Assembly (NCBI GenBank): GCA_001820255.1 | Contig: MHPA01000016.1 | Coordinates: forward strand, 7,288-58,758 | Source: Candidatus Staskawiczbacteria bacterium RIFCSPLOWO2_01_FULL_38_12b | GTDB taxonomy: Bacteria; Patescibacteriota; Minisyncoccia; Minisyncoccales; Staskawiczbacteraceae | Reading direction: 5' to 3' | Length of the DNA: 51,471 bases | In this document: in pieces, positions 32,606-42,123 of the stretch | Layout of the letters: every line of letters starts with the position of its first letter | Position numbering within the stretch: the stretch's first letter is position 1 | The notes under the pieces: generated by a model | The model's input: the letters and a program-made list of their open reading frames with translations, nothing else | What the model was told of the DNA's origin: nothing | Database searches by the model: none | Program-made: the position numbers and the translations under genes

Positions 32606-33598
32606 ATGATTTTAGGAAAAGCATCACCAGAAGATATGAATCTTCACCCCATGCGCTACCAGTGGGCTTACGATCTTTATAATCAGGCCGTCAGAAACAC
32701 TTGGTTTCCCCACGAAATCGCCTTAAAAGAAGACCTGGAAGATTGGAACAAAATGACCGAGGACGAACGCCATGCGGTAAAGTTTACCATGGCTTTTTTC
32801 AATCCTGCTGAATTAATTGTAAACCGCGTACTGGCGCTGGGAGTATATCCTTATCTTAAATCTCCCGAATGCCACTTGTATTTGGCAAAACAAATGTGGG
32901 AAGAGGCAAACCACTGCGTGGCTTTTGAATATGTACTGGAAACATTCCCCTTTGACCGCGAAAAAATATTTCAAGTGCATTTGGAAACTCCTTCCATGCA
33001 AGCCAAAGAAAGCTACGTGATGAAATATTTAAAAAGGATGACCGAAGAAAAACTGGATATTGAAACCACCGAAGGCAAAAAGGATTTTATCCGCAATATG
33101 GTGGCCTATAATATTGTCATGGAAGGCATTTGGTTTTACAGTGGCTTTATGGTGGCTTTGTCGTTTCGACAAAGAAACCAACTGCGCAATTTCGGATCCA
33201 TGATTGACTGGGTGTTGCGCGACGAATCATTGCACTTAAAATTTGGCATACAATTAATCCAAACCGTGCTGGAAGAAAACAGTGAATTATTAACCGAAGA
33301 ATTCGCCAACGAAATAAAATCCATTATTGTGGAAGGCGTAAACATTGAAAATGCCTATAATAAAGATTTATTCCCCAATGGAATTTTAGGGTTAAATGCG
33401 GATTACGTAAACCAATATGTCCAATATGTAGCAGATCGAAGATTACTGGAACTTGGCCTGCCAAAACAATACAACGTAACTAATCCGGCAAAATGGATGT
33501 CAACGGCTACCGATGTACTGGAACTGGTAAACTTCTTTGAAGCGCAAAACACCAAGTATGAGGTGGACTCGGGCCATACACAAAAGCCAAAAGCGTAA
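32606..33598 (+). CDS. nrdB: Class I ribonucleoside-diphosphate reductase beta subunit
   Basis: Di-iron and radical motifs: EEANHCVAFEYV, VMEGIWFYSGF, RDESLHLKF. Confidence 0.95.
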   Translation: MILGKASPEDMNLHPMRYQWAYDLYNQAVRNTWFPHEIALKEDLEDWNKMTEDERHAVKFTMAFFNPAELIVNRVLALGVYPYLKSPECHLYLAKQMWEEANHCVAFEYVLETFPFDREKIFQVHLETPSMQAKESYVMKYLKRMTEEKLDIETTEGKKDFIRNMVAYNIVMEGIWFYSGFMVALSFRQRNQLRNFGSMIDWVLRDESLHLKFGIQLIQTVLEENSELLTEEFANEIKSIIVEGVNIENAYNKDLFPNGILGLNADYVNQYVQYVADRRLLELGLPKQYNVTNPAKWMSTATDVLELVNFFEAQNTKYEVDSGHTQKPKA

Positions 33599-33633
33599 TT
33601 TCGGATTAATTAGGCTATTAATATAAAAAATTT

Positions 33634-34131
33634 ATGCCGAAAAAATTTGAAGAACGACCAGAAGAAACACCAGAGGAAGAAGGTTTAATTTTAAAATTTC
33701 CATCTCCAAAGGAAGAGATTAAAAATCCTGATGTTTCCATAGAATCAGAAGAACAAAAAGGGGAGGAAGAGTATGAAGGCAGTAATGTTATTCGAGGCAA
33801 TTTTTCAAGAGAAAAAAGCGGATTTAAACGACCCAAATTGACATCCGAATTTTATATTCCACCAGAAGATGTTGACAGATTCAAATGGAATGAATCTTTG
33901 AGAAAAGCAGGAAATGAAATACTACCATTTTTATGGTCATTAAAGGGTTCTATATCTAAAAAAGCTCTTGGCGATAGTGCTGTTGCTATTCAAAAATTTT
34001 CTAACACAGAACTCGTGGAAATAATTTTAGACTCAGCTGAGGGTGACTGGAATAAAAAACCAGCATACTATACTGCGTTAGCTAATGAAATGATGGCTAG
34101 AGGCCTAAATCCAGATGAGATAAAGCAATAA
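33634..34131 (+). CDS. Hypothetical acidic protein
   Basis: 165-aa ORF in the operon-like gap after nrdB. No recognisable motif. Confidence 0.45.
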   Translation: MPKKFEERPEETPEEEGLILKFPSPKEEIKNPDVSIESEEQKGEEEYEGSNVIRGNFSREKSGFKRPKLTSEFYIPPEDVDRFKWNESLRKAGNEILPFLWSLKGSISKKALGDSAVAIQKFSNTELVEIILDSAEGDWNKKPAYYTALANEMMARGLNPDEIKQ

Positions 34132-34208
34132 ATTCTATAAAAAAGCTCGAACGAAAGTTTTAGGGTTTTTTTGTTGTTTTAATAACAATGGTTTGTTAAT
34201 ATATACTC

Positions 34209-36386
34209 ATGATTGAATTATCAACCCCTATTGAAGACGTGCCTAATATCGGCTCGGCTTATCATAAAAAGTTAAAAAAACTGGGAATTAAAACCGTCCA
34301 GGATTTGCTGTTTTATTTTCCTTTACGATACGAGGATTTTTCTAATATTATTCCTATTAAAGACATAAAAGTTGGTGAAGTTGCATGCGTGCAAGGCAGA
34401 ATTATTGAAATAGAAAATACCCAAACGTTTAAAAAGTATATGACCATTACCGAAGCTCTCGTAGAAGATGAAACCGGTTCAATAAAAGCCTTGTGGTTTA
34501 ACCAACCGTTTTTAACCAAATCATTAAAAGAAGATGATTTTGTGTGCTTGGCTGGAAAAGTCACTTTAAGTAAAAATGGGGTATATTTAAATAATCCGGT
34601 CTTTGAAAAAATCAGTGACATTGATGATAACCCTTCGACTTCGCTCAGGGCAAGCAATTTAACGCATACCGGCCGGATTATTCCGGTATATTCTGAAACC
34701 AAAGGCGTAAGCAGTAAATGGTTGCGATATATGATAAAGCCCTTGCTTGAATATTTTTTTGATAAAGTTGGTGAAATACTTCCGGAAGAAATTTTAAAGA
34801 AACACAAATTTTTGGCGGTTAAAGAAGCGATCTGGCAAATTCATTTCCCGGATTCTTTTGAAGCCGCAGATGCGGCAAAAGCGCGGTTTAGTTTTGAAGA
34901 TTTATTTTTACTGCAACTTTCCATTTTAAAACAGCGCGCCAAATTAATGCAAAAAACAGCGCTGGCCTGCGCCATGGATGCCAAATTAATGAAAGAATTT
35001 ACCGAAAGCCTGCCATTTCAATTAACCGATTCGCAAAAACAGTGCAGCTATCAAATTTTAAAAGATTTGGAAAAATCGGTGCCGATGTCGCGGTTACTAG
35101 AAGGAGATGTTGGAAGCGGCAAAACGGTCGTGGCAACCATGGCCGCACTAAGCGCCGTAAAAAATGGCTACCAAGTGGCGTTTATGGCGCCAACGGAAAT
35201 TTTGACCAGCCAGCATTTTAAGGGCATTTCAAAAATGTTAGAAAAATTTGGCACCACCATTGGATATTTAACCGGCAAAGAAAGTTTTATTTATAAAGCG
35301 GGAAAAATCCAAGAAATTAAGAAAAAAGACTTGCTGCTAGAATTGGAATTCGGGCAAATCAATATCTTAATCGGCACGCATTCGTTAATCCAAAAAACGA
35401 TAAAATTCTCAAAATTAGCGTTAGTTATTTTAGATGAACAGCACCGGTTTGGGGTCAGCCAGCGCGCCCAATTAATCAAAGACCAAAAAATAATCCCCCA
35501 CTTGCTTTCCATGACGGCTACCCCGATTCCAAGAACTTTGGCATTAACCGTGTATGGCGATTTGGATTTGTCACTAATAAAAGAAATGCCCAAAAACCGC
35601 AAAAAAATAAAAACAGTCATTGTGGATCCAAAAGACCGCAAAGCCGCTTACGAATTTATCCAAAAAGAAGTGCGCGACGGTAAAGGAGTTTTTGTCATCT
35701 GCCCCAAAATCGGCAGGGAAGAAAATGAAAATAGCGCACTGCCGATTACCGGATCTTTTGCGGTTTCCAATTATAACCCAAGCCTCTTTGGTGTTTTAGA
35801 AATGAAAACGGTAAAACAAGAATACGAAAAACTTTCCAAAGAAATTTTCCCGGATTTACGCATTACCATGCTCCACGGAAAAATGAAAACTGAAGAAAAG
35901 CAACGGGTGATGCTGGATTTTAAAAAAGGGGAAATTGATATTTTAGTTTCTACATCAGTAGTAGAAGTCGGAGTAGATGTGCCCAGGGCAACCGTTATGA
36001 TGATTGAAGGAGCCGAGCGCTTTGGTTTGGCGCAACTGCATCAATTCCGCGGCAGAGTCGGCAGAAGCGACATGCAATCATACTGCTTTTTATTTACCAC
36101 CAGTCCCGACCAATTAAACCGAAAACGCTTAAAAGCATTGGTTGATTCTGATAATGGCTTTGAGCTGGCGCAAAAAGATTTGGAAATTCGCGGCCCAGGG
36201 CAATTGTACGGCGCACAGCAATGGGGGCTTCCGGATGTGGCCATGGAAGGCATGTTAAATATATTTTTGGTGGAAAAAACCCGAACCGCCGCAAAAGAAA
36301 TATTAGAAAAAGACCCCGAATTAAAAGGATATCCTTTACTTTTAGAACAGTTGGGGCAATTTAAATCAAAAATCCATTTTGAGTAA
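34209..36386 (+). CDS. recG: ATP-dependent DNA helicase RecG
   Basis: 725 aa. N-terminal wedge/OB region, helicase motifs GDVGSGKT, DEQHRFG, SMTATPIPRT and QLHQFRGRVGR, and a C-terminal TRG-like region. Confidence 0.93.
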   Translation: MIELSTPIEDVPNIGSAYHKKLKKLGIKTVQDLLFYFPLRYEDFSNIIPIKDIKVGEVACVQGRIIEIENTQTFKKYMTITEALVEDETGSIKALWFNQPFLTKSLKEDDFVCLAGKVTLSKNGVYLNNPVFEKISDIDDNPSTSLRASNLTHTGRIIPVYSETKGVSSKWLRYMIKPLLEYFFDKVGEILPEEILKKHKFLAVKEAIWQIHFPDSFEAADAAKARFSFEDLFLLQLSILKQRAKLMQKTALACAMDAKLMKEFTESLPFQLTDSQKQCSYQILKDLEKSVPMSRLLEGDVGSGKTVVATMAALSAVKNGYQVAFMAPTEILTSQHFKGISKMLEKFGTTIGYLTGKESFIYKAGKIQEIKKKDLLLELEFGQINILIGTHSLIQKTIKFSKLALVILDEQHRFGVSQRAQLIKDQKIIPHLLSMTATPIPRTLALTVYGDLDLSLIKEMPKNRKKIKTVIVDPKDRKAAYEFIQKEVRDGKGVFVICPKIGREENENSALPITGSFAVSNYNPSLFGVLEMKTVKQEYEKLSKEIFPDLRITMLHGKMKTEEKQRVMLDFKKGEIDILVSTSVVEVGVDVPRATVMMIEGAERFGLAQLHQFRGRVGRSDMQSYCFLFTTSPDQLNRKRLKALVDSDNGFELAQKDLEIRGPGQLYGAQQWGLPDVAMEGMLNIFLVEKTRTAAKEILEKDPELKGYPLLLEQLGQFKSKIHFE
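34631..34655 (+). repeat. 25-nt motif CCCTTCGACTTCGCTCAGGGCAAGC inside recG
   Basis: It differs at 2 positions from 41265-41289 in tsaD. It is related to TCCTTCGGCGTGGCTCAGAACAAGTC at 38423-38448 (intergenic). Confidence 0.85.
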
Positions 36387-36421
36387 AAAAAAGACCGCCT
36401 CATGTGTTGCGGACTTTTACT

Positions 36422-36700
36422 TTAGCTGCAAAGTTCTCTTATGATGGGGAATATGGTTCCATCCGAATTTTGAAAATGATTTTTGCGATTGCCGTTTTCA
36501 TAGATTAAAATAATGCGTGCACTTTTTTTGCTATTCATGGCACAAAAGTTTTTTAATGTTAAAAGACAGAGTTTTGGATTATTAACATGAATCCAAAGAT
36601 CTTGGTGGACTATTTGCCCAAAAGAATCAAGTGGAGTCACGTATAATTCTACGATGGAATTTAACATTTTTTTCTCCAAGAGAAGTTGTATTGATGTCAA
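36422..36700 (-). CDS. Hypothetical protein
   Basis: 92-aa ORF filling the gap between recG and the GT2 gene. No motif recognised, so it may be spurious. Confidence 0.3.
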   Translation of the reverse strand: MTSIQLLLEKKMLNSIVELYVTPLDSFGQIVHQDLWIHVNNPKLCLLTLKNFCAMNSKKSARIILIYENGNRKNHFQNSDGTIFPIIRELCS

Positions 36701-36766
36701 TGAGCCAATCTACGTTTTTGGGTAACGGAAAAAATAAAGAATCTTTGAATTAATAACATTCTGTAA

Positions 36767-38302
36767 TCAACTCCTGATTTTTTCCGTTACCCAAAAACCC
36801 ATGTATTTTCCCAGCATCAGCCGCATTTGGGCATCCAATGCCGGGAAAGCGCCAAAAATGATCAAGGTAAAAGGCAAAAATATCCATTGGAAAAAAATGG
36901 TTATTTTTTTTAATTTGCTTACCCCCTTGGGAATTGGAGGCAAAAGCATAGTGGAAAGCACTGCGGAAACCATCATGCCCACCAATGAAATCGTCATGAC
37001 CCTGCTGGTTAAAATCGGTAAATTAAAAGACAGCATCGTAACATTAAATTTATTTCCACCTAAAAATATCGGCAGCCAGCCCAGCGCAAAAAGCAACAGT
37101 GATGCGGTAGCCCAAGACCAATATCCGTCGATTAAGGTGTATGAATGAGAAATCTTTTTCCAAAACGGAATATCCTTATTTTGTAAAAAACCGTAGAGCG
37201 TGTAAGGAATTTCAGCACACCCCCACGCCCAGCGCTTTTGCTGCTTGTATTGGTTTACCATTGATGTAAAAATGCTGGGAGAATCCACTGCGTCCATGGA
37301 AACCAAATAGTAAATAGGAACCACCCGATAATCCCCGTTGTAATAAAGGTATGCCCGCCAAAAAATCCGGGAGTCGTCGCAGACCACATTTGAGGGATAC
37401 CCTACTTCAAAAAATACTTTTGCAGGGATGGCGTGGCTTGAGTAGGTGGTAAGTTTTTCCGACCGCTCTTGTTGGATCATTTGCCAAAAAGTGTTTGATG
37501 TAGATACCACCCTGGCAAAAAAGGTAACGGTCCAAATGTTATTATTGTATACGGGAATCGGCTGATAACTTGCCCGCAGAGGATTTTCTTCGGTTAAATA
37601 ATACCAGGTCAAACAAGAAAAATACTGGGGATACACTTTAGTATCAACATCAAACGAAGAAATTAAAATATCTTCATAGGGAATTTTCAACACGTCAATA
37701 ATGGCGTTTTTTACCATGTTTCCGGCGTAAGCCACATTAGATCCTTTACCGGCTATTTCCCCTTTGATATTTTTTGGATGCACTACGATTAAAAATTTAA
37801 AAAACTTGCCGGCGTATGCCTTTTCTATTTTTCTGGCTATTTCTTTAAATTCTTCACCCGCCCTTTCTTCTATGGCCAAAACAATAATTAATTTTTCCTT
37901 AGGATACGTTGAAGACGCCAATGAATCAAGGCTTTCTTTTATAATATGCTCTCCTTCTTTATAAGTTGGCAAAATGACCACGTGGTATATTTTTTTCCAA
38001 TTTTTATGTTTGATTTTTTTAAGCATTTGCAACCAGTCTTTTCTCATATGTCTTTTCGTTTTTATATAACCGACAATCTGATGCAAAGAAAAATAAAAAA
38101 TCCTGAATAAATAATAAAAACAAAAACAGATGATAAAAATTGACACCCACAAAGGAATAAGCCATGAAAAAACAAGAACCCCTAAAAGAGTTCCAAAGCT
38201 TACCATTCCCGGGATCATTTCAAAAAAACGATATAATCCTCTTTCTTTTTTATCTTCAATATCGCTGGCTTTTGAAATATCCAGATATTCTTTTTTATCC
38301 AT
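36767..38302 (-). CDS. Processive family-2 glycosyltransferase (membrane-embedded synthase, CesA/NodC-like)
   Basis: VILPTYKEGEHIIKESLDSL (GT-A start), FDVDT (DxD), QQKRWAWG (QxxRW) and flanking TM helices. Start set at the Met at 38302, because the track ORF N-terminus overlaps tRNA-Glu. Confidence 0.75.
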   Translation of the reverse strand: MDKKEYLDISKASDIEDKKERGLYRFFEMIPGMVSFGTLLGVLVFSWLIPLWVSIFIICFCFYYLFRIFYFSLHQIVGYIKTKRHMRKDWLQMLKKIKHKNWKKIYHVVILPTYKEGEHIIKESLDSLASSTYPKEKLIIVLAIEERAGEEFKEIARKIEKAYAGKFFKFLIVVHPKNIKGEIAGKGSNVAYAGNMVKNAIIDVLKIPYEDILISSFDVDTKVYPQYFSCLTWYYLTEENPLRASYQPIPVYNNNIWTVTFFARVVSTSNTFWQMIQQERSEKLTTYSSHAIPAKVFFEVGYPSNVVCDDSRIFWRAYLYYNGDYRVVPIYYLVSMDAVDSPSIFTSMVNQYKQQKRWAWGCAEIPYTLYGFLQNKDIPFWKKISHSYTLIDGYWSWATASLLLFALGWLPIFLGGNKFNVTMLSFNLPILTSRVMTISLVGMMVSAVLSTMLLPPIPKGVSKLKKITIFFQWIFLPFTLIIFGAFPALDAQMRLMLGKYMGFWVTEKIRS

Positions 38303-38304
38303 AG

Positions 38305-38379
38305 CGGTCCCACCGGGATTTGAACCCGGGTTACAAGAGTGAAAATCTTGTGTCCTAGACCAGGCTAGACGATGGGACC
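38305..38379 (-). tRNA. tRNA-Glu (anticodon TTC)
   Basis: The reverse complement GGTCCCATCGTCTAGCCTGGTCTAGGACACAAGATTTTCACTCTTGTAACCCGGGTTCAAATCCCGGTGGGACCG has anticodon stem CAAGA/TCTTG with loop TTTTCAC and T arm CCGGG-TTCAAAT-CCCGG. Confidence 0.88.
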
Positions 38380-38383
38380 AGGT

Positions 38384-38424
38384 TGCGCACGCCACGGCGT
38401 GCGCAGAATTTTCAATTTTCAATC
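38384..38424 (-). repeat. GATTGAAAATTGAAAATTCTGCGC element with GC hairpin (copy 2), directly 5' of tRNA-Glu
   Basis: The reverse complement reads GATTGAAAATTGAAAATTCTGCGCACGCCGTGGCGTGCGCA. The first 24 nt match copy 1, apart from one extra heptamer in copy 1. Confidence 0.85.
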
Positions 38425-38525
38425 CTTCGGCGTGGCTCAGAACAAGTCAAATCCCAATTATCTGATTACCAAATGATACCGATATTCTACGTCTAAAATT
38501 GAAAAAAATCAATGGCAAAGCCTAA

Positions 38526-39239
38526 TTAACTCTTATATTTTCCGGTAACTAAATTCCATCTTATCCTTGATAAATCCAGAAGCATTTTTAACATTCCCAA
38601 AAAGCGCACTTTGGTTTGGACATCATTGGCCCACACAACCGGAACTTCTTTAATGGTATGACCCATTTTTTTAGCAATAACTAATATTTCAGAATCAAAC
38701 GCAAAACCATTAATGTTGCATAAAGGCAAAATATCTTTTACGGCTTTGGCATTCAATAATTTAAAACCGCACTGGATGTCTTTAATATTAAAAAGACCCG
38801 TCGCCAACCTGGCCAACAGACCATAAAAAATACCCAGAATTCTTCTGTGCAGTGGTTGTGAATTAATAATTTTAGATCCTTGCATGTTACGGGATCCTAT
38901 AATAATATCGTAATTTTTCGCATATGGTAAGAAATTTGAGAGCTCTTTAATAGAGGTAGAATTATCAGCATCCATAAATAACCTATACTCGCCTTTTGCT
39001 CTTAATAATCCCTGCTTGACCACATAGCCCTTGCCATAATTTTTTTCATTACTCATTATGGTTAAATTTGGAATTTCTAACTTCCTGACAACTTCTACTG
39101 TTGCGTCATGTGAACCATCGTTAACAACAATAATTTCATAATCGTATCTTTGCAAAGACAAATAATCATTAAGTTGGAGCAAGGTTTTTTTGATCCTTTT
39201 TTCTTCGTTATAAGCAGGTATGACAACCGATAAAAACAT
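38526..39239 (-). CDS. Family-2 glycosyltransferase, polyprenol-phosphate sugar synthase-like (Dpm1/DPG-synthase type)
   Basis: LSVVIPAYNEEKRI, VVNDGSHD and MDADNST motifs. 237 aa and soluble. Confidence 0.85.
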   Translation of the reverse strand: MFLSVVIPAYNEEKRIKKTLLQLNDYLSLQRYDYEIIVVNDGSHDATVEVVRKLEIPNLTIMSNEKNYGKGYVVKQGLLRAKGEYRLFMDADNSTSIKELSNFLPYAKNYDIIIGSRNMQGSKIINSQPLHRRILGIFYGLLARLATGLFNIKDIQCGFKLLNAKAVKDILPLCNINGFAFDSEILVIAKKMGHTIKEVPVVWANDVQTKVRFLGMLKMLLDLSRIRWNLVTGKYKS

Positions 39240-39242
39240 GTG

Positions 39243-40817
39243 TTATTTTGTTAAAATTATAGCAATGTCGTCCTCATACACTGTCTGCCAGCCAGAATCA
39301 ATCAATAGGTTATAAATACTTTTTGAGGGATAATTGATTCCTAGTTTTTCAAAAATCCACTTATACTTTTGCAACATGCCCGAAAATTGATTTTTGGGCT
39401 TTTCTTGGTAGGTTATATATTTTATAGCTTGATCTTTTTTGTCCTTGCTTAAAAAAATTATCTTAATATCATATTTTTTTAAAAGTTCTTTTGCGCCAGC
39501 TTGCGCTTCCATTATTTTAATGTAGTCGCCAAACACAAATTGATTGTTTTGGCGCCAGCTTGGCATTCTTCCATCGATAAATACTTTCCGTTCGGGCAAT
39601 TTCCAAATTAAATATCCGCCCCAGTTGTATTCATTTAACATGTTTTCTGAAAGCGGCACACTTTTTAAAAAAGATACTGCTTTTTCAAGACGGTATTCTG
39701 CATTAAAACCAGTGTGATTTGTAAAACTAGTAGCAAAAATACAAAAAGAAAAAATAATGGCACCCGTTACTGATAAAAAAATTCTCCAGGCAGAGCTACT
39801 CATTGATTTTGATGTTGCCTCTTGCCTGGCATGCAAAAATAAATCTCCAAAAACAGGAATCGTAAAAATAACGAAAATTAAAAAGTAACGCTGGTTGCAA
39901 AAAGCTAAAAATAAAAATAATAAAGAAAAAATAATATCATTAACATCAAGGCTTCTATGAAACTTGATTATAGTAATACTGCACAGAAATATAAATAAAG
40001 ATATATAAAGCCATATAAATAACGAGCTTGTGGAAATTAAAGGCATCCACTCTAAAATATGAAATCTTAAAAAATTATCCCCGACGGTTCTAAAAACTTC
40101 TTGGTAAATTCTTAAGCCATAGGGATTTATTACGGTCGCAAAAAAAGAAAAGGCCAATACAGAGGCTATGGTTACTACTTTTTGATACGATTGCTCCTTT
40201 ATATTTAAAAAATGCAGTTGCGGAATTTTTTGAATAACACCCGTCTTTTTGAAAATTTCCAAACATAAGACTACCAGCAATATGCAAAGTCCGGCAAAAA
40301 ATCCGGCATGCAAATTAACCCACAATACCAATAGCAACGGCAAAAAATAAATTAATTTAGAGTTATTATTTAAAAATTTATTAATTATTCTCCACACTAT
40401 CGCAACAAATAGTACTGTTAAAAGCTGGGGCCGGATTCCCAAAAAAGAAGCGGTGGCCCAATACCCAAAAAATATGGGAAGAGCCAGATCAATAAAAGAT
40501 TGCCCGGGTTTTGCGACAATAAAAAAAGAAGCCGTATAAAGGACTAAAAAAACCAACAACAAAAAATAAAAACCGTATATTGAATAAACCTTGTACATCA
40601 ATACATCGGTTAGCCATTCGTGGTCAATCCAATGAAAATCAGGCATCGTATAAGAATACCAATCTTGTTGGGGTACTCCTTCTTGTAAAATCAATTCCCC
40701 GGTACGCACGTGCCAGCCAAAATCCGGATCTTGCCAGCCGGAAGTGATAAAAAAACCACAAGAAACCAGTACAATAAAAAGAATTAAAAAATAAAAAAAA
40801 TGGCTTTTTTTAATCAT
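39243..40817 (-). CDS. Polytopic membrane protein, putative GT-C-type glycosyltransferase
   Basis: 524 aa with more than 10 TM segments. It has a first-loop acidic motif (DPDFGWHVRTGE...HEW) and a C-terminal soluble domain. It overlaps or abuts the Dpm-like gene (3-nt gap). Function is inferred from context. Confidence 0.5.
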   Translation of the reverse strand: MIKKSHFFYFLILFIVLVSCGFFITSGWQDPDFGWHVRTGELILQEGVPQQDWYSYTMPDFHWIDHEWLTDVLMYKVYSIYGFYFLLLVFLVLYTASFFIVAKPGQSFIDLALPIFFGYWATASFLGIRPQLLTVLFVAIVWRIINKFLNNNSKLIYFLPLLLVLWVNLHAGFFAGLCILLVVLCLEIFKKTGVIQKIPQLHFLNIKEQSYQKVVTIASVLAFSFFATVINPYGLRIYQEVFRTVGDNFLRFHILEWMPLISTSSLFIWLYISLFIFLCSITIIKFHRSLDVNDIIFSLLFLFLAFCNQRYFLIFVIFTIPVFGDLFLHARQEATSKSMSSSAWRIFLSVTGAIIFSFCIFATSFTNHTGFNAEYRLEKAVSFLKSVPLSENMLNEYNWGGYLIWKLPERKVFIDGRMPSWRQNNQFVFGDYIKIMEAQAGAKELLKKYDIKIIFLSKDKKDQAIKYITYQEKPKNQFSGMLQKYKWIFEKLGINYPSKSIYNLLIDSGWQTVYEDDIAIILTK

Positions 40818-40922
40818 TGAAATTCAATCATGGTAGCATAAAAAATCCCTTATTTCAAACATTAAAACTGACCGATTATTTTAAATTATAAAATATCATG
40901 TATACTGAATACCGTAAATAAT

Positions 40923-42116
40923 ATGAAAATATTAGCCATCGAAACATCTTGCGACGATACGGGAATAGCAGTGCTTCAAGCCTCAGGCTCCAAGTTTCAA
41001 GTTTTAAGCAACATCGTTTCCTCTCAGCAAATCCATGCAAATTATGGCGGGGTTTTCCCCATGATGGCAAAACGGGAACACCAGTGCAATTTAATACCCG
41101 TTTTAACCCAAGCTTTAAAAGAATCAAAATTACTTAAAAATAAAAGTCTTACAAATTTCACACCTTTGAAATTTGTAAGACAATTTAAAACGGTTGAAAA
41201 AATACTAGAAAAAGAAAATACTCTTTTTGAATCCGTAAAAGAATTTTTGGAAACCTACGAAAAACCCTTTGACTACGCTCAGGGCAAGCCCGCCATTGAC
41301 GCAATTGCAGTTACCAATGGACCGGGACTTGAGCCATGTCTTTGGGTTGGCGTAAATTTTGCCAAAGTTTTAAGTTATTTTTGGGATATTCCGGTGATTC
41401 CCGTAAATCATATCGAGGCTCACATTTTAGTTAATTTTCTGGAAAATCCCAAGATGGCATTTCCTGCAATATCGCTCATTGTTTCTGGCGGACACACCCA
41501 ATTGATTTTGGTAAAAAAAGTTGGCAGTTATGAAATTATCGGTGAAACGAGGGATGACGCCGCCGGTGAATGTTTTGACAAAGCCGCCAGAATTTTAGGT
41601 CTGGGTTATCCGGGAGGACCTGAAATTGCGCGCATAGCAGCGCAATTTCAGCCGAGCACTCAACGCTTGAGTGCTCTGGCAAATCCTATCATTTTGCCTC
41701 GCCCCATGATAAATTCCAAAGATTATGATTTTAGTTTTTCCGGTTTAAAAACCGCCATTCTATATAAAGTAAGGGATACTAAGCCAAAAATAGTAAAATC
41801 TGAAAAATTCATTCAAGAAATGTGTTTTGCCGTACAAGATGCCATTTGCGATGTATTGATTAAAAAAACTCTGCAAGCAGCAAAAGACTATAAAGCTAAA
41901 ACCATTATTCTTGGAGGCGGCGTTTCGGCAAACCAAGAATTACGAAAACAACTGGTAAAAAAAGTCCGACAAGAAATTCCAACTACAAAATACTTAATTC
42001 CAAATTCTGCATTGTCCACAGATAATGCTCTTATGATTGCCATCGCCGGATATCTTAACAAAGCAAAAAAAATCGCGTGGCAGAAGTTATCTGTCGACGC
42101 GAATTTGAGGATTTAA
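40923..42116 (+). CDS. tsaD: tRNA N6-adenosine threonylcarbamoyltransferase (Kae1/TsaD family) with insertions
   Basis: ILAIETSCDDTGIAV, IAVTNGPGLEPCL, VNHIEAHI, SGGHTQL, DDAAGECFDK and GGGVSAN motifs. It carries about 55 extra residues after ALKESKL. Confidence 0.92.
   Translation: MKILAIETSCDDTGIAVLQASGSKFQVLSNIVSSQQIHANYGGVFPMMAKREHQCNLIPVLTQALKESKLLKNKSLTNFTPLKFVRQFKTVEKILEKENTLFESVKEFLETYEKPFDYAQGKPAIDAIAVTNGPGLEPCLWVGVNFAKVLSYFWDIPVIPVNHIEAHILVNFLENPKMAFPAISLIVSGGHTQLILVKKVGSYEIIGETRDDAAGECFDKAARILGLGYPGGPEIARIAAQFQPSTQRLSALANPIILPRPMINSKDYDFSFSGLKTAILYKVRDTKPKIVKSEKFIQEMCFAVQDAICDVLIKKTLQAAKDYKAKTIILGGGVSANQELRKQLVKKVRQEIPTTKYLIPNSALSTDNALMIAIAGYLNKAKKIAWQKLSVDANLRI
41265..41290 (+). 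repeat. 25-nt motif CCCTTTGACTACGCTCAGGGCAAGC inside tsaD
   Basis: Translated here as PFDYAQGKP. The recG copy is read in another frame as PSTSLRAS. Confidence 0.85.
41654..41676. repeat. Perfect 10-bp inverted repeat inside tsaD
   Basis: GAGCACTCAA-CGC-TTGAGTGCTC, translated as STQRLSAL within a segment that looks like an insertion (QFQPSTQRLSALANP). Confidence 0.85.
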
Positions 42117-42123
42117 TAGGTTC

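Noticed and set aside
38303-38422. N-terminal 40 codons of the track ORF 36767-38422 (MKIENSAHAVACATWSHRLAWSRTQDFHSCNPGSNPGGTA)
   Set aside because: This is a translation of tRNA-Glu and of the GC-hairpin repeat. The real start is the Met at 38302.
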